This document shows, in pieces, positions 11,640 through 25,634 of a stretch of DNA of 64,000 bases. This stretch comes from Octopus bimaculoides (lineage: Eukaryota). Every line of letters begins with the position of its first letter. Position 1 is the first letter of the stretch. Location: NCBI RefSeq assembly GCF_001194135.2, contig NC_068986.1:98486957-98550956 (forward strand). Reading direction: 5' to 3'. The position numbers were made by a program, and so were the translations under genes. The notes beneath the pieces are model-generated. The model ran no database searches. It saw only the letters and a program-made list of their open reading frames with translations, and had not been told where the DNA came from.

Positions 11640-12020
11640 CTAAATTTACCTGCTCAAAATATTCACAATGATTTCACAGGATTTGAGATACTAAAGAAGA
11701 AAGAATGCATTAATGAGATGTTTGAATATGTTAAATGTTTCATGGAATCTGGTGCCAAGTATGGTTAATGACAAAAATCTTGTTGACTAGATGAACGCTA
11801 ACGAAGAATCACATGTGTATCTCTATACTTAATCCAAAATTATGGATGTGATTAGGATTTCTGATGAAAATACAGAAACTAATAGAGATAACGATGGAGC
11901 ATATCTAATTGGGAGGCTTAATATTAGTAAGCTGAGATGCAGGGTGAAGTGATCAAAGGAATTGAGCAATGTCTCTTCATGACAGAACAAGAGATAATGA
12001 CTCTTTATATTGAAGCATGA
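11640..12020 (+). pseudogene. Tigger/jerky-like transposase C-terminal remnant
   Basis: NDFTGFE...INEMFEYVK and VIKGIEQCLFMTEQEIMTLYI resemble the Tigger/JRKL-type C-terminus (recalled motif, not searched). Confidence 0.45.
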
Positions 12021-12449
12021 AAGATTACCCTGGGAATGATCTGAAGATTACACAAGGAATAATGACTTATATGAAGCAACATCGAATCGATTAAATACTT
12101 ACAAAAGCAATCAACTAACGTGTCAAATTACGCAGCTAATATCGGGATATCTTTACCATTCAACATCACACGGATCTTCCTCCTAAAGCTTCAAAAGTCC
12201 ATCAAGAAAACACAGAAATATGAAACGGACAGTAATCATTCTATCCCCAAACTTGAAGACTTCAAGATATTCATTATTAGTTCGGTATTATGTGATTCAT
12301 TTCATTAAATAATTTAATTCACAGTTAAATGAATTTCGTATATCAATTTGTTTAAGGGATGATTGTTTTATAGACAGAAACAGTATAAATAAATTTCTTG
12401 TTTGCATATTTAATTTAATCACGCAATATTTACTCTGTGTGTGTGTTTG

Positions 12450-12482
<33 letters not shown>

Positions 12483-12709
12483 CTGTGTGTCTGTATCTGT
12501 GTCTGTGTTGTTATAGAAACGTATGGTCTTATAATTAATAGCTCCGAGATGTATTCTGTTATTAGGCGGTTTATCTTGGTTCGGAAAATGGAAAATCTGA
12601 TAATCCAAAAACATTTTAGAAACAAGAGTTCAGGAAATCGCTAGTACACATGTTCACCTACATGCATACATACATACATACTGACATACATGCATACATG
12701 CATACATGC

Positions 12710-12765
<56 letters not shown>

Positions 12766-13723
12766 GTATGCACGCGCATGTGTTTGTATATGTGAATGTA
12801 TATATATCTACACATATATATATATACGAATATAAATAAATAAATAAATATTTATATATATATACATACATAGATACATTCATACGTATACGTGCATACA
12901 CATATGCACGCGCACCCACACACATGTATATCTAGAAGAATAGGAAGGAAGGAAGACCAATAAACAAAAAACGGTAGAAGCAGGAAGAACATAGTTAATT
13001 ATCTGTCTAATCTTTTTCTCTCTCTCTCTCGCGCTCTCTCTCTCTATCTATCTATCTATGTATCTATCTATCTATGTATCTATCGATCTATGCCTATATA
13101 CATATATGCATATGTATGTATATGCGTGTGTGTATATGTGTGTCCGTGTGTGCGTGTATATATATGTATATATGTGTGAGTATCTGTGTCTATGTGTCCG
13201 TGTATATATATATATATGTGTGTGGGTTTGTGGTTGTGTGTGTGTGTGTATACACACAAACAATGATAGGGGATAATTGCAAAAGTATTCAGAAAAACCG
13301 ATGTTAATTTCAAGAACAATAAAGTAAAGGTAAAAACAATAGCAGAAATTATGTCCTTCATCGGTTTTCCTGAATTAATTAATCAATGGATCAAACGTTC
13401 AAAAATATCGAGAAATTTTCATTGTAATTTTCAATATTTTCTGATTGATATTAAGGTTTCAAGTAATTGAAATTCTAGCCAGTTATAATTATCCAAATAC
13501 TCTTAATTGCATGTTGAATTCTGCTGAGTTATTTTATATTTATATTTTTTTGGTTTCAGTCTTCATATAACAATTGTACAGGAGCACAGCAATCAGGGGT
13601 TTGGTGAACTTTATAGGCTACTGTACTTTGTACAGTAGTTTTGTAGATACGCACACACATGTTCATACATGTATATTTATATAATACATATATATTTGTA
13701 TATACGTGCATATTTTACGATAT

Positions 13724-14045
13724 GGGCACTCCGCCGATTACGACGATGAGAGTCCCATTTGATCCGATCAACGGAACAGCCTGCACGTGAAATTAAGGTG
13801 CAAGTTGCTGAGCACTCCACAAATACGTGTACCATTAACGTAGCTCTCTGGGAGATTCAGCGTGGCATAGAGTGTGACAAGGCTGACCCTTTGAAATACA
13901 AGTACTACTCATTTTTGCCAGCTGAGTAGACTAGAGCAACGTGAAATAAAGAGTCTTGCTGAAGGACACAATGCATCAACAGGAACTGAACTCACGACCT
14001 AACGATCGTAGGCCGAATACCCTGACCACATAAGCCACGTTCCTT
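13724..14045 (-). mobile_element. tRNA-derived SINE, second family (GTGTCCTT.AGCAAGAC core)
   Basis: Minus strand: GTGGCTTATGTGGTCAGG (A box), GAGTTCAGTTCC (B box), GTGTCCTTCAGCAAGACTCTTTA central domain. Confidence 0.8.
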
Positions 14046-14159
14046 CACATTACGATATTACAATATGAATATTTGCGTATGTTTATGTACATATACATAT
14101 ATGTATGCATATATACATATACAGACATACGTACAATAAGAAGTATTAATAGCAAATGT

Positions 14160-14285
<126 letters not shown>

Positions 14286-14499
14286 GTGCATATGTTCGTA
14301 CGGGTCTGTTCTTGTGTACTGCCGAACGGTTCCGACGTTTGTTTCACACCCATGAGGCCAAGGTTTCATCTTGCAGCACGTAACTTGAGCAAATGATATC
14401 TTTTTTTATAGCAGCCACGCTGCAGTCCATATTTTCTGGGTAAAATTAGAATGGAATTTTCGCACCGAATTTCTTCTTTATAAGCTTATCAGCTTTTAA

Positions 14500-14725
14500 A
14501 TGCATAATAACCATTTCTAATATAAGAAAAGGTCTGAAATGTTGGGAGAGGGGATGGGCTAATTACATCGAGTTCAGTACTTGTCTTGTAGTTATTTCAT
14601 CAACCACTAAGGGATAAAAAGTAAAGTCAACCTCGGCGGAATTTCAATTCAGAATGTAAAGACGAGCAAAATGCCGCTAAGCATTTTTTTTCCGGCGTGC
14701 TAATGATTTTACATGCTCACCATTA
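14500..14725 (-). mobile_element. tRNA-derived SINE, third family
   Basis: Minus strand contains TTCTGAATTGAAATTCCGCCGAGGTTGACTTT, homologous to plus-strand 26700-26735 and 59865-59900. Confidence 0.6.
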
Positions 14726-15904
14726 TTTTAAAATAAATAATAAGGACCACGCTGTGCCCCTTTTTAAAAAGCATTTCTCGTAGTCAATTGAGGAGAGGAA
14801 CATCCATGATCTTTGTAAGAGACTCATAGACTGAAACCCCGTGGTTTACAAAGCTAGAGCATCCGAGTGCTAGGTGATAGTGAATACAGCTTAAGTCTAA
14901 GATACAAAAATAGGAACAGCAATCGACCGAAAGCTATGTTGTTGCGAAATAATCTTCTCAATTACATAACCAGACTTACCTGGATCTGAAAAAAGAAAGC
15001 ATATTCTGCATTGTAATGCTTACAGTCATAAAGCTTGCCTACATGGCCTCATAAGAATTGACGCGAGTTGAAACAAGAAGGATTTAATAAATTATTTTTT
15101 GTGAATAAGTATTAAATTTAATGTTAGTTCAAATGATATGAAATGAAACATTCACTTATGATGTACAGCTGTATAATATCCTAAAGAATATCATTGCGTA
15201 TTTCAAAATATCTATTTTTAATTGATAGATGAAATTGAATATGTATTTCCAAATGAAGCAACTTTATATTTTTTAACAATGATTATTGTTTTCATTTTCA
15301 GATATTCATTACATAAATGAAATCTGAAATGACATGAACGTATATGCGGTAGCTTTTAAGAATGTAATTCTATATTTTTAGATAGCAGTAATTGTAATGC
15401 AAATGAAACCATAAAAGTTTTCTTTTAAGGTATCAATGGAAAGGTTTTCAATATTATATTTACCTGGCGGTTTCTGAGGCTCTACAGTTGCGTTGTAATG
15501 TTACGTGTATACAGTAAGGAGAATAGCGCATTAATATAAAAGCTACATTCTTTTAAGCTTTTTATCTAGTTTTGAGATTGCAATTATACCGGGGTAACAC
15601 CTTCAAAATACTTTGTGCTAAGATCAATTTTAACGCCTTGTCTATTTCATCGATATCTAATTGTGAAACGGTTAGATCTTTTGGTATAAATGGACTTAAT
15701 GCGCATAGAATAAATATTGTAAAGTATTTTATTTTTATAATTTATCCGTAATCCCTTGGTGATGCGATGACACAAACATATACATACATGCATACGTACA
15801 TGCATATATACATGCATACATACATACGTACGTGTGTATGCATGCATGCATGCATATATGTATGTATGTATGTATGGTATGTATGTATGTATGTATATGG
15901 TAAT

Positions 15905-16012
15905 GTGGTAAGAAGACTTTTCCTTAACCACATGGTTCTGGGTTCAGTCGAATCTTCGGGGGAAAATGTCATCTACTGTAGCCTCGAGTCGATTAAATTC
16001 TTATGAGTGACT
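15905..16012 (+). mobile_element. SINE 5' head fragment (same family as 36925-37355)
   Basis: GTGGTAAG...AACCACATGGTTCTGGGTTCAGTC...CTACTGTAGCCTCG matches the reverse complement of 37200-37310. Confidence 0.6.
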
Positions 16013-16899
16013 GCCCCATATGTATTTATGTATGTATGTACGTTCTTTGGAGTTTTTAATTATTTAAATTCTTCCTCAGAGGAAAGGTCTGGCTTCTATC
16101 AAAGTTAAAAAAAACTTTGTCACTAGAATTTAGATAAAAATAGGAATGTCAGATTTTAAACTTGACATAAGTTTTTATTATTCCACTTACAGGTTACATC
16201 TGTAATATGCGAGTTAGTGGCTTGATTTCTTTTTCTGAAAATCTAGCTTATGCAGATTTTCAATTAGGCATTTACTTACTAAAGCATTCATTATTGGTAT
16301 TATTGTAAATTTATTACCTGGATATAGAAGTTAGAGGTTTCGAAACAGTTGTGTATAGGAGTCCTAGCAGTTGTCCATAATATGTATATATAATATATAT
16401 ATATACACTTCCGGTTTCGATTGTGGAAGACATCTTTCTTCGTGATCCTAAAATAACCTAGAGACATTTCCTAAATCAAGGGGAAAATCTATCAAAAGTG
16501 ACCAAAAAAACGTAGTAGTTGTTATTTCTTAATGGTCTACTGTAATATATTCGTAAAAGAAGTTTAAAATATTACATAAAAGTTAGCGACGCAAAACCAG
16601 AGTTTTCGTCGAAGAAAGCACATAGTGATCAATCAGAAGTTGCTGTGTGTAAAAAGAAATCGATTTCTCTTTGTAACAAAATTGCTTCGTACAACAACAA
16701 TTGAAATTTTTAACTCTTGGGAATAAGTATCCTATTCATTTTGTTTATATTTTATCTTTGGTGTTACCGGACGAAAATTGAGATAAGAGTTATTGTTTGT
16801 TTACAATCTTCTATTTAAAAAAAAAATAAGGAGCTAATTTGTCACGAAACTTCTTTCTTCCTGCTATCATCTTTTATGTAACTTCTTACTCACTTACAG

Positions 16900-17293
16900 C
16901 GGCCTTTTTGTTGTTCCATACCCTCTGTTTTCTCCTTCTTTCATATCTTCATTACCTTCTCTCATATTTTCCTCCTTTTCTCTCCTCTCTCTCGCTCCCT
17001 CTTTCATATCTTCCTATTTTTCTCTACTCCCTCCCTCACTCTGCCTTTCCCTTCCCTTTATATCTTTTTTTTTCCGCTTCTCTCTCCCACTCTTTGTCTC
17101 TCTCTACCTCTACCTCTCTCCCTCTCATCACTCGCGGTCCCCCATATATTTCTCCTTTCACTTCTTTCCTCCTCACTCTGTCTCTCCTTTTCCCTCATAT
17201 ATTCTTCATTCTCTCCTCTCGCCCTCTCACTATCTCTCTCTCTTTCCTTCATATCTCCCGCTCAATAACTGTCTTTCTTCCTCTCTACCTCCT

Positions 17294-17336
<43 letters not shown>

Positions 17337-17350
17337 CTTTATCTCCACCC
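16900..17350. repeat. Polypyrimidine (CT-rich) low-complexity tract
   Basis: About 450 bp almost exclusively C/T on the + strand; it explains ORF 16839-17684. Confidence 0.9.
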
Positions 17351-17371
17351 CTCTGGACTTAGAAAACGAAG

Positions 17372-18650
17372 ATGGCATCAGCGGGAGAGCAAGGAACTGA
17401 AGCTTCTGTTGCGAGCTTGGACAATTGCTAGCGGTAATCCTCCGAACAACATCATTAGAGCTGTACTGAAGAACAATGGTTTCTGTAGAACCATTGAACA
17501 GATAGAACGGAAGAAAATGGATTCATCCAATCCTATGCTCTTATTATACTACACATTGACACTCTTGGTGTCATCATGGAAAACAACTGTCGTAAGGCTG
17601 ATAACGGTAGGGAAGATGAAACAACAATCAGAAGTCCCTCTGATCCAGTGGTCCCAAAAAGGAATGGATCCCCCACACTTGTGAACAACCAGGCTGATAA
17701 GGAGAGAGAAGATAAAGAATCAAAAATCAGAAGTCTTTCTGTGCCAACGGTCCCATAAAAGAATGGCGCCTTCACCAACGCCAGCACGGCTGTCATGCTA
17801 ATACTTTTACTAAATATTGGAGGCCTGTTGCATCACAACAGAAGCAAGATCTTTTTCCTGACAGACCTTGCTGCATGCAATGAAACCCTAAGCACAACAC
17901 TCGTGGAAACTCATCTGAGGCCTGATATAGAGGATGCAGAAATACACGTACCAAAATATATCATACAGAGAACAGACAAAAGGGAAAGGAGCCATGGTGA
18001 AGTTGCTGTATACATTCGTGAGGACTTCACACCCCAGGTCCTACTGTCATACTCAAATTCAGTATGTAGCACTCTAGTTGTATACGTAAGACAATACAAT
18101 ACAGTCATATTTCCCACCAGATGCTCAAAACCACACGGGAAAGTTTGAAGATTGCCTCACAAGAATAAAACAAACTCTCATGAAACTGGAACATCACGTG
18201 AGTGTGTTTCTTAAGAGTGATTTGAACTTCCCCAGTGTCAAATGCCCCAAGGTTCTCATGCTCTCAGGAATGAGTGATTGCAAACAAGTACAGTGAATTC
18301 GCTGTTCAAGCTCACCAATGCCCTATTCATGGAGCAAATTGTGCTCCGACCAACCAGGGCGAATAGCATATTGAATTTCTGCTTCACAAACAATATGGAG
18401 ACCGGCCATAATGTGAAAGTGATGCCGACATTAGATTCGGATTACAACATAATAGAGCTGTCTATGTATGGACCAAACGTAGCCAGGGACATACAGCCAA
18501 AAGGAAGCACCCAAAATCTCTCCAGTCTGAACTTCAACAAAGCAGACTGGAAATCGATCCAAAAAGCGATCCTGAGAAAGGACTGGCTGAAATGTCTCTC
18601 ATAACAGACATTGGTATAAAACTAGAACATTTCATGTCCATTATGCAAAC
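17372..18650 (+). mobile_element. CR1/L2-group LINE 5' portion: upstream region plus APE endonuclease; RT absent
   Basis: LLNIGGL, VETHLRPDIEDAEIHVPKYIIQRTDK...SHGEVAVY, SDLNFPSVK, FMEQIVLRPTRANSILNFCFTNN, SDYNIIE, LNFNKADWKSI: APE motifs in order, with frameshifts. Confidence 0.8.
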
Positions 18651-18882
18651 CATCACATTTGTTCAAATGTCTTATTGCAGCTTTGATTCTATTTCTTTCC
18701 CTGATGAGAAGATTATATTATTTTACACCATTTATTCCTTTGGAATAATACCAATGTTGTTTTCGAAACATATGTCGGAAGTAAAGAATTTTAATAACAC
18801 CTGCATTTAACTCCTTAACTCCATTTCTTAATTTATACTATACATACATACATGCATATATACATACACACACACAGACAGA

Positions 18883-18958
<76 letters not shown>

Positions 18959-19684
18959 NNNNNNNNNNNNNNNNNNNNNNNNNNNNNNNNNNNNNNNNNN
19001 NNNNNNNNNNNNNNNNNNNNNNNNNNNNNNNNNNNNNNNNNNNNNNNNNNNNNNNNNNNNNNNNNNNNNNNNNNNNNNNNNNNNNNNNNNNNNNNNNNNN
19101 NNNNNNNNNNNNNNNNNNNNNNNNNNNNNNNNNNNNNNNNNNNNNNNNNNNNNNNNNNNNNNNNNNNNNNNNNNNNNNNNNNNNNNNNNNNNNNNNNNNN
19201 NNNNNNNNNNNNNNNNNNNNNNNNNNNNNNNNNNNNNNNNNNNNNNNNNNNNNNNNNNNNNNNNNNNNNNNNNNNNNNNNNNNNNNNNNNNNNNNNNNNN
19301 NNNNNNNNNNNNNNNNNNNNNNNNNNNNNNNNNNNNNNNNNNNNNNNNNNNNNNNNNNNNNNNNNNNNNNNNNNNNNNNNNNNNNNNNNNNNNNNNNNNN
19401 NNNNNNNNNNNNNNNNNNNNNNNNNNNNNNNNNNNNNNNNNNNNNNNNNNNNNNNNNNNNNNNNNNNNNNNNNNNNNNNNNNNNNNNNNNNNNNNNNNNN
19501 NNNNNNNNNNNNNNNNNNNNNNNNNNNNNNNNNNNNNNNNNNNNNNNNNNNNNNNNNNNNNNNNNNNNNNNNNNNNNNNNNNNNNNNNNNNNNNNNNNNN
19601 NNNNNNNNNNNNNNNNNNNNNNNNNNNNNNNNNNNNNNNNNNNNNNNNNNNNNNNNNNNNNNNNNNNNNNNNNNNNNNNTATAT

Positions 19685-19807
<123 letters not shown>

Positions 19808-19818
19808 CATACATATAT

Positions 19819-20878
19819 AAATATGTAAATAAGAGGAAATACCAGCAGGTGGCTTTCAAATATGCTGGAAATAGACGCCAAATTGTCTTACCACAAAAAA
19901 TATGTTCTCAAATTAGCATGATACTAGATGTTTTCGAGTAAGAAAAATGAAAGGAAACAAATAAAGCAGTTAAATCCATACCTTAAGATTTCGCCATTAA
20001 TAATTAAATAAATAATTATCTGTGGCTTGTCAGTGGAATCGCCGCAACCCCATAGCAATGGAACCAGATCCCAATTGCCTCCTTGATAGGAAACGTGCGT
20101 ATAAAATTTCACCAATTATGCATCGTAATACCCATCCAAATGTTCTCATACTAGCGCGCCAAACCAGAAAAGAATCTGCAGTTAATAAAACTCCGCAGCG
20201 AATCTACTGACGAGAGAAGAGGACTATATAAAATTAAATAATGTGGGTAGAAATTAATATTATTAAATATTAATTTAGACCAGTGGCCAGCTTACGTAAA
20301 AATGTCGGATGACTACAAATTGTATCTAAATATATAAATAAGAGGAAATAACATTAGGTGACTTCTTAATATGTTGGTAATAGACACCAAATAGTCTTAT
20401 CACACATAATATGTTCTCAAATTAACATGACACTAGATGTTTTCGGGCAAAACAAATAAAAGGAAATAAGTAAAGCAGCTAATTCCGTACCTTAAGATGT
20501 CGCCATTAATAATTAAATAAATAATTATCTGTGGTTCGTCAGTGGAAACATATAAAAGATTCTTTTCTGGTTTGGCGCGCTACTATGAAGATATTTGGAT
20601 GGGTATTACGGTGCATAATTGGTGGGACCCTATAGGCAACATTCCTATCGAACAGGCGATTGGGATTTAGTTCCATTAGTTTGTGTCTGCATCGATACCA
20701 CTGACGAGTCACAGATAATTATTTATTTAATTTTTAATGGCGAAATGTTAAGGTATGGAATTAACTGCTTTTTTTTTGTTTCCTTTCATTTGTATTGCTC
20801 GAAAACATCTAGCATCATACTAATTTGAGAAAATATTTTTTTCTGGTAAGACTATTTGGCGTCTATTTCCAACATATT
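19819..20878. repeat. Foldback structure: copy A (+, 19819-20177), partial copy B (+, 20325-20547), inverted copy C (-, 20557-20878)
   Basis: TAGCGCGCCAAACCAGAAAAGAATCT at 20152-20177 is the reverse complement of 20557-20582. ATTAATAATTAAATAAATAATTATCTGTGG is in both A and B and inverted in C. Confidence 0.85.
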
Positions 20879-20892
20879 AATAATATTAATTT

Positions 20893-20959
<67 letters not shown>

Positions 20960-22289
20960 CGTACATACATACATACATACATACATACATACATACATAC
21001 ATACATACATAAATATATATGTGTGTGTGTGTGTGTGTATGTGTGTGTTCAGATATTGTCTGAAATGTTTCGTGTAATAATAGTTTTAACAAATTAGTAG
21101 CCTGTTGGTACAGTGTAGATCTTTTGAGTTATACGTCGAACAAAATGCACTTCTTTATTATCTGAGATATACGTTCGTGTTCGAAGGCAAACGAAGGTGC
21201 AGTTATATCGGTAATCGCACCCTCGAAAAGGAATCATCCAATTCATCTTAATTCCTCTCTGTATCTTTTCAATAAAGTGCCTTCTTGAGAGAAAATGAAA
21301 CCTTATTACAACAACTATATCTCGTTTAACGAGTGAACGGTAACGCCATTTTAAGGCCACCAAACTCTATCAGCTAATTTTATGTCATTAGCTGTTAATA
21401 CCGCTATCTAAACTTTAGTTTATGAGATGCTATTGACAGTTAATAACCAATAAATGTAATCTTATCGGTTTCTTTCAAATGAGTAAATTTCAGGCGAAAT
21501 GATTAAATCAACTGTGTTCGAAAATTCTGTAGAATCGTTGTGAAACCACACACACATAAATATATATATATATCTACATATATATGTTACAATATACGCA
21601 TGTATATATAAATGTGTGTATATTGCGTTTGCATACCTGTGCATATATGTTTATGTGTGTGAAGCTCTGGGATAAATTCCAATATTACAAAGTATCGCGA
21701 CGCTGTTCTAATTAATGCTTCTTTTATGTAATAACAGAATGCTTTGTAATTTTGATTAGGGAATGATGCTAAGTAACGAAGTGTCAGGGGTCTCCCTGAC
21801 GTCTCTACTTTTCGCATATGAATAGCAAGAAGGAATATATTTACATTTATATTTTATCCTTTGTGAGACGGTGTAAAATTTAATATTATTTCGTTCTATT
21901 CTTATTCATTCTGTTTTATGCATAGATGAATATTGTTTAATTAAAAGCCGTTAAAAGTGCAAATATGCAAAACACTCTATTCAGGACGGTAGTAAACCAA
22001 ATTGCAACTGTCTTAGATAGCAGCTTAATGTTCTGAGCTATTGTTTCGGGAAAACCACTTTCACCTTAACTGACGATCGTTCAACAAACCGTGAAACTCA
22101 CTTTTAGAAGACTACGTCCTTTCTCCCTTCTCCGCGTCAATTGGCAAAGCAAAAGTGTTTTCATCCACAACTAGGTTTTTTTTAATAATTTATATTAGTT
22201 TCCTGATTTATGATGTATTTCCTGTATATGTGCGCGTGTGTGTGCATTTGAGTTTGCGTATATGTATATATATATGTGTGTGTGTGTAT

Positions 22290-23212
22290 CTTTTCTTTTA
22301 CCTTTTACAGTCATTTGACTGCGGCCATGTTGTGGCACACCTTGAAGGATTTTAGCCGAACTAATCGGCCCCAGGACTTATTGTTTGTAAGCGTAGTACT
22401 TATTATACTAGTCCCTTTTGCCGATCCGCTATGTTACAGGGATGTGAACACACCAACAACGGTTGTCAAGCAATGGGGCGGAGACAAACACGCAGACACA
22501 CAAATACACACATACAAAGTCTACGTTTCCCAGGAACGGAGTTTTGTTTCCTAGGAAAGATTTGGCTGCTATTTCTTGCACGCCTTGATACAACGTGACA
22601 GGTATTTCGGGTCCTTTGACACAAATAGCTGTTACGTGGTAGCAACACGTGCTAGAAATAGCAGCCAAATCTTTGGAGGTGAGATGGTCCCGAAAGAAAC
22701 CTAAGGAGACAAAACTCTCACCGAGGTTACGAACGGGTCTTCTACGAAATATTTCCTATTAGATTTATTTTTCTCATCATAATGTGTCTAATGGAAAGGT
22801 TAGAATTTCGTCCCTTTCAGCATTAAGTTATTTCAGGAGTATTTTCCTATTATGCACTGTTTTGAGTGTTTATACCCACCAAAATCCCGACTATCTCAAT
22901 AACCATGTGTCCGATTTACGCGAAACTTGTTTTATTCCGTATGTATTCACATTTTAGAGGCGATTTACTTTCAAAGTTTTTTCCCATTATGCGCTAATTT
23001 GGCTGTGTAGCATTGCAAGCAAGCAAACAAGTTCGTTTTAATATATTATATAGATATAGATATACGACAGACCACTTGTTTCAGTTTCTGTCTACCAAAT
23101 CCACTCACAAGGCTCTCATCGACCCGAGACTACAGTAGAAGAGAGTTGCTCAAGGTGGCACGCAGTGGGACCCGGAAACATGTGGATGGGAAGCACGCTT
23201 CTTACCACCTGG
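22290..23212 (-). mobile_element. tRNA-SINE split by an insertion (3' part 22290-22515; head/core 23062-23212)
   Basis: Both halves align with 36925-37355, and about 545 bp of unrelated sequence sits in the internal microsatellite. Confidence 0.7.
22516..23060 (-). mobile_element. Unclassified insertion with a 27-bp inverted repeat and a Helitron-like 5' TCTATATAATAT end
   Basis: Inverted repeat 22556-22582 / 22648-22674 (26/27). The minus-strand end TCTATATAATATATTAAAA followed by (GCTT)n resembles non-autonomous Helitron 5' ends. No convincing 3' hairpin-CTAG was found. Confidence 0.35.
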
Positions 23213-23617
23213 CGTGTCCCATTGCAGAGTGTTGGTGGATCTAAATTCCTCAATTACTGGAGTCCCCAGTTTAAGTTCCATACATATAAAGTCTAATTCT
23301 ATTTCAACTACACATAAACGACATTGGCCCTTAAATGGACCTAAACGGATCATATATTAATGATTCATCACAAATGGGCGCACCCTTGAGTCAGCAATAT
23401 AACAGTCAATTTCCTAACCCGTAATTAACAAAATAACACATAACCCAAACGAATTATTTGATCCCCAGAATTCAACTTCAGAGACAGGTCTAAAATTAGC
23501 GATATAATGGAAGATGATATACTATTCATGGTCTATATTCAAACTGAGTATCTGGAACAGATGGTCTCCCAACCAAATTGTTAAAAACGTGCTACAAATC
23601 TCTGTGTGTATATAATA

Positions 23618-23674
<57 letters not shown>

Positions 23675-23878
23675 TATATGTATACATATACATCTATGTA
23701 ACTATGTATATGAGTGTATACAGTGGGTCGGTGAGAACAAAATGAGCTCAGACACAATACACCGTGCCCAAATGCATAGTGCATATACGTATATACACGT
23801 ACATAAACACACACACTCAGATACATACATACATACATACATACATACATACATGCATATATATATATNNNNNNNNNN

Positions 23879-23921
<43 letters not shown>

Positions 23922-24189
23922 GTACACTTTGGTTTCTTATATGTAAGTATATTATATATTTGTTTAAATCTTGTACGACTCTATTCTTTTATTCTTTCCT
24001 TTCTCTCAGCCCTTTCACACTTATTCATTCATTCCACTCTTCGTTCTTTTGTTCCCCCTCTCTCACATTTCATTGCCTTCTCTTCATGCTTACTTTCCCT
24101 CCTCTTTTCACTTCACTGTCTCCCTGTCATTTTTTCTCGCCCATCCTTATTTCTTCTATCCCTTTGCTTCTACCTCTCTCTCTTCTCTC

Positions 24190-24670
24190 CCCACGTAACC
24201 GGTTTTCGGCCAAGCCTGACCTTTCTTTCTTAGTTCGGCCGCTGTTCTTACAACATCTGTATTCTTCCCCGTGCCTGTGAAATCTTGTATCCCTGCTGTA
24301 AGGATATACTTCCACACACGCTAGCTTACTTTAATCCGTACTTAGTCGAAAGACACTTGTTGTTATGTCCTGTTATTTCTATATGCGTAACCTACTCCGT
24401 TTATTTTCCGTCCTTGTTTTCGTATATATTCGCCGCTTTCCTCCAAGGAATCTAATGCTCTTAGCTTAGTTTTTCCTTGGGGCTGGCCAGATTGGAGCAA
24501 ACCTCGAGTATAACCAGCCGAAATTGCAAAGATAATCTGGAACTCGATTGAGAAAAGAAAACTCCGAATGACCCGTCCTTGTTTTCTTTGTATCGTCTAT
24601 CTGGATGTTTTGTTGTCCCTTTTCTTGTATCACCTGTCTCGATGTTTTGCGTTCTTGTCCCATTTTCTAT
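24190..24670. repeat. Unclassified GC-richer interspersed repeat-like segment after a CT-rich tract
   Basis: Compositionally distinct block containing nested complementary helices at 24481-24540; family not identifiable by eye. Confidence 0.3.
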
Positions 24671-24756
24671 TTATATATATATGTATATATAAATTTAAAG
24701 AATGGAGTAAACGCATATTATAACTGCATACTTTTATTCCGACATAAAGTACATAT

Positions 24757-24832
<76 letters not shown>

Positions 24833-25518
24833 TATATATGCGTGTATGTACGTATATGCGAACATGGTGATGTTTCTACAGTGACTGTATACGTACTGAT
24901 GATACAATCTTTATACACATTAATGTCCACAAATGCGACACATCAAACAAAATTCTAAAGGAGAACAAATATCTATATTTAATCAAACGATGTTGTTCAT
25001 TAGGCATGATATCGATCATCAAATATGAGAACAAATTTAATTAGTGATGCTATCTTTGAATATTAAAGCACCATAATCAATGAAGCTGCTTGGATTTAAT
25101 TTCAAAGAAACTTACCAGTAACTCTAGGGACAAATAGGATAAAAGTTCTTTATGTTCGGACCCTTGTCGTCCTTGATCAAAAGCATTTCTAATTGGCCGT
25201 CACACTTGTCTTTATGCGTCGTTTACCGTAACCACTCTATCCTTTGGTAATACAACAGGGTCGATTTTGAGTTAACTTTCCCTATTATGTATTGTAGTTC
25301 AACTAAAGACGTAGGGTTTTCCCTCAGTGGAAATTATTAAAGTTTGCTATCTTGCATATTTTGAACTAATGGTACGAATTCTTTTTTAAAACAGAATACA
25401 TCAATGTGAATATTAGACCTCCTAAACGCAATTGATATAATAACAGCTAAAATAACTATTAAAATTATTTAGACATTAATAACTTTGCACACATACACAA
25501 AGACACGTGTGTATATGT

Positions 25519-25634
<116 letters not shown>

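Noticed and set aside
16839-17684. 281-aa L/S/F/P-rich ORF as a membrane protein
   Set aside because: It is the translation of a CT-rich tract running into a LINE remnant.
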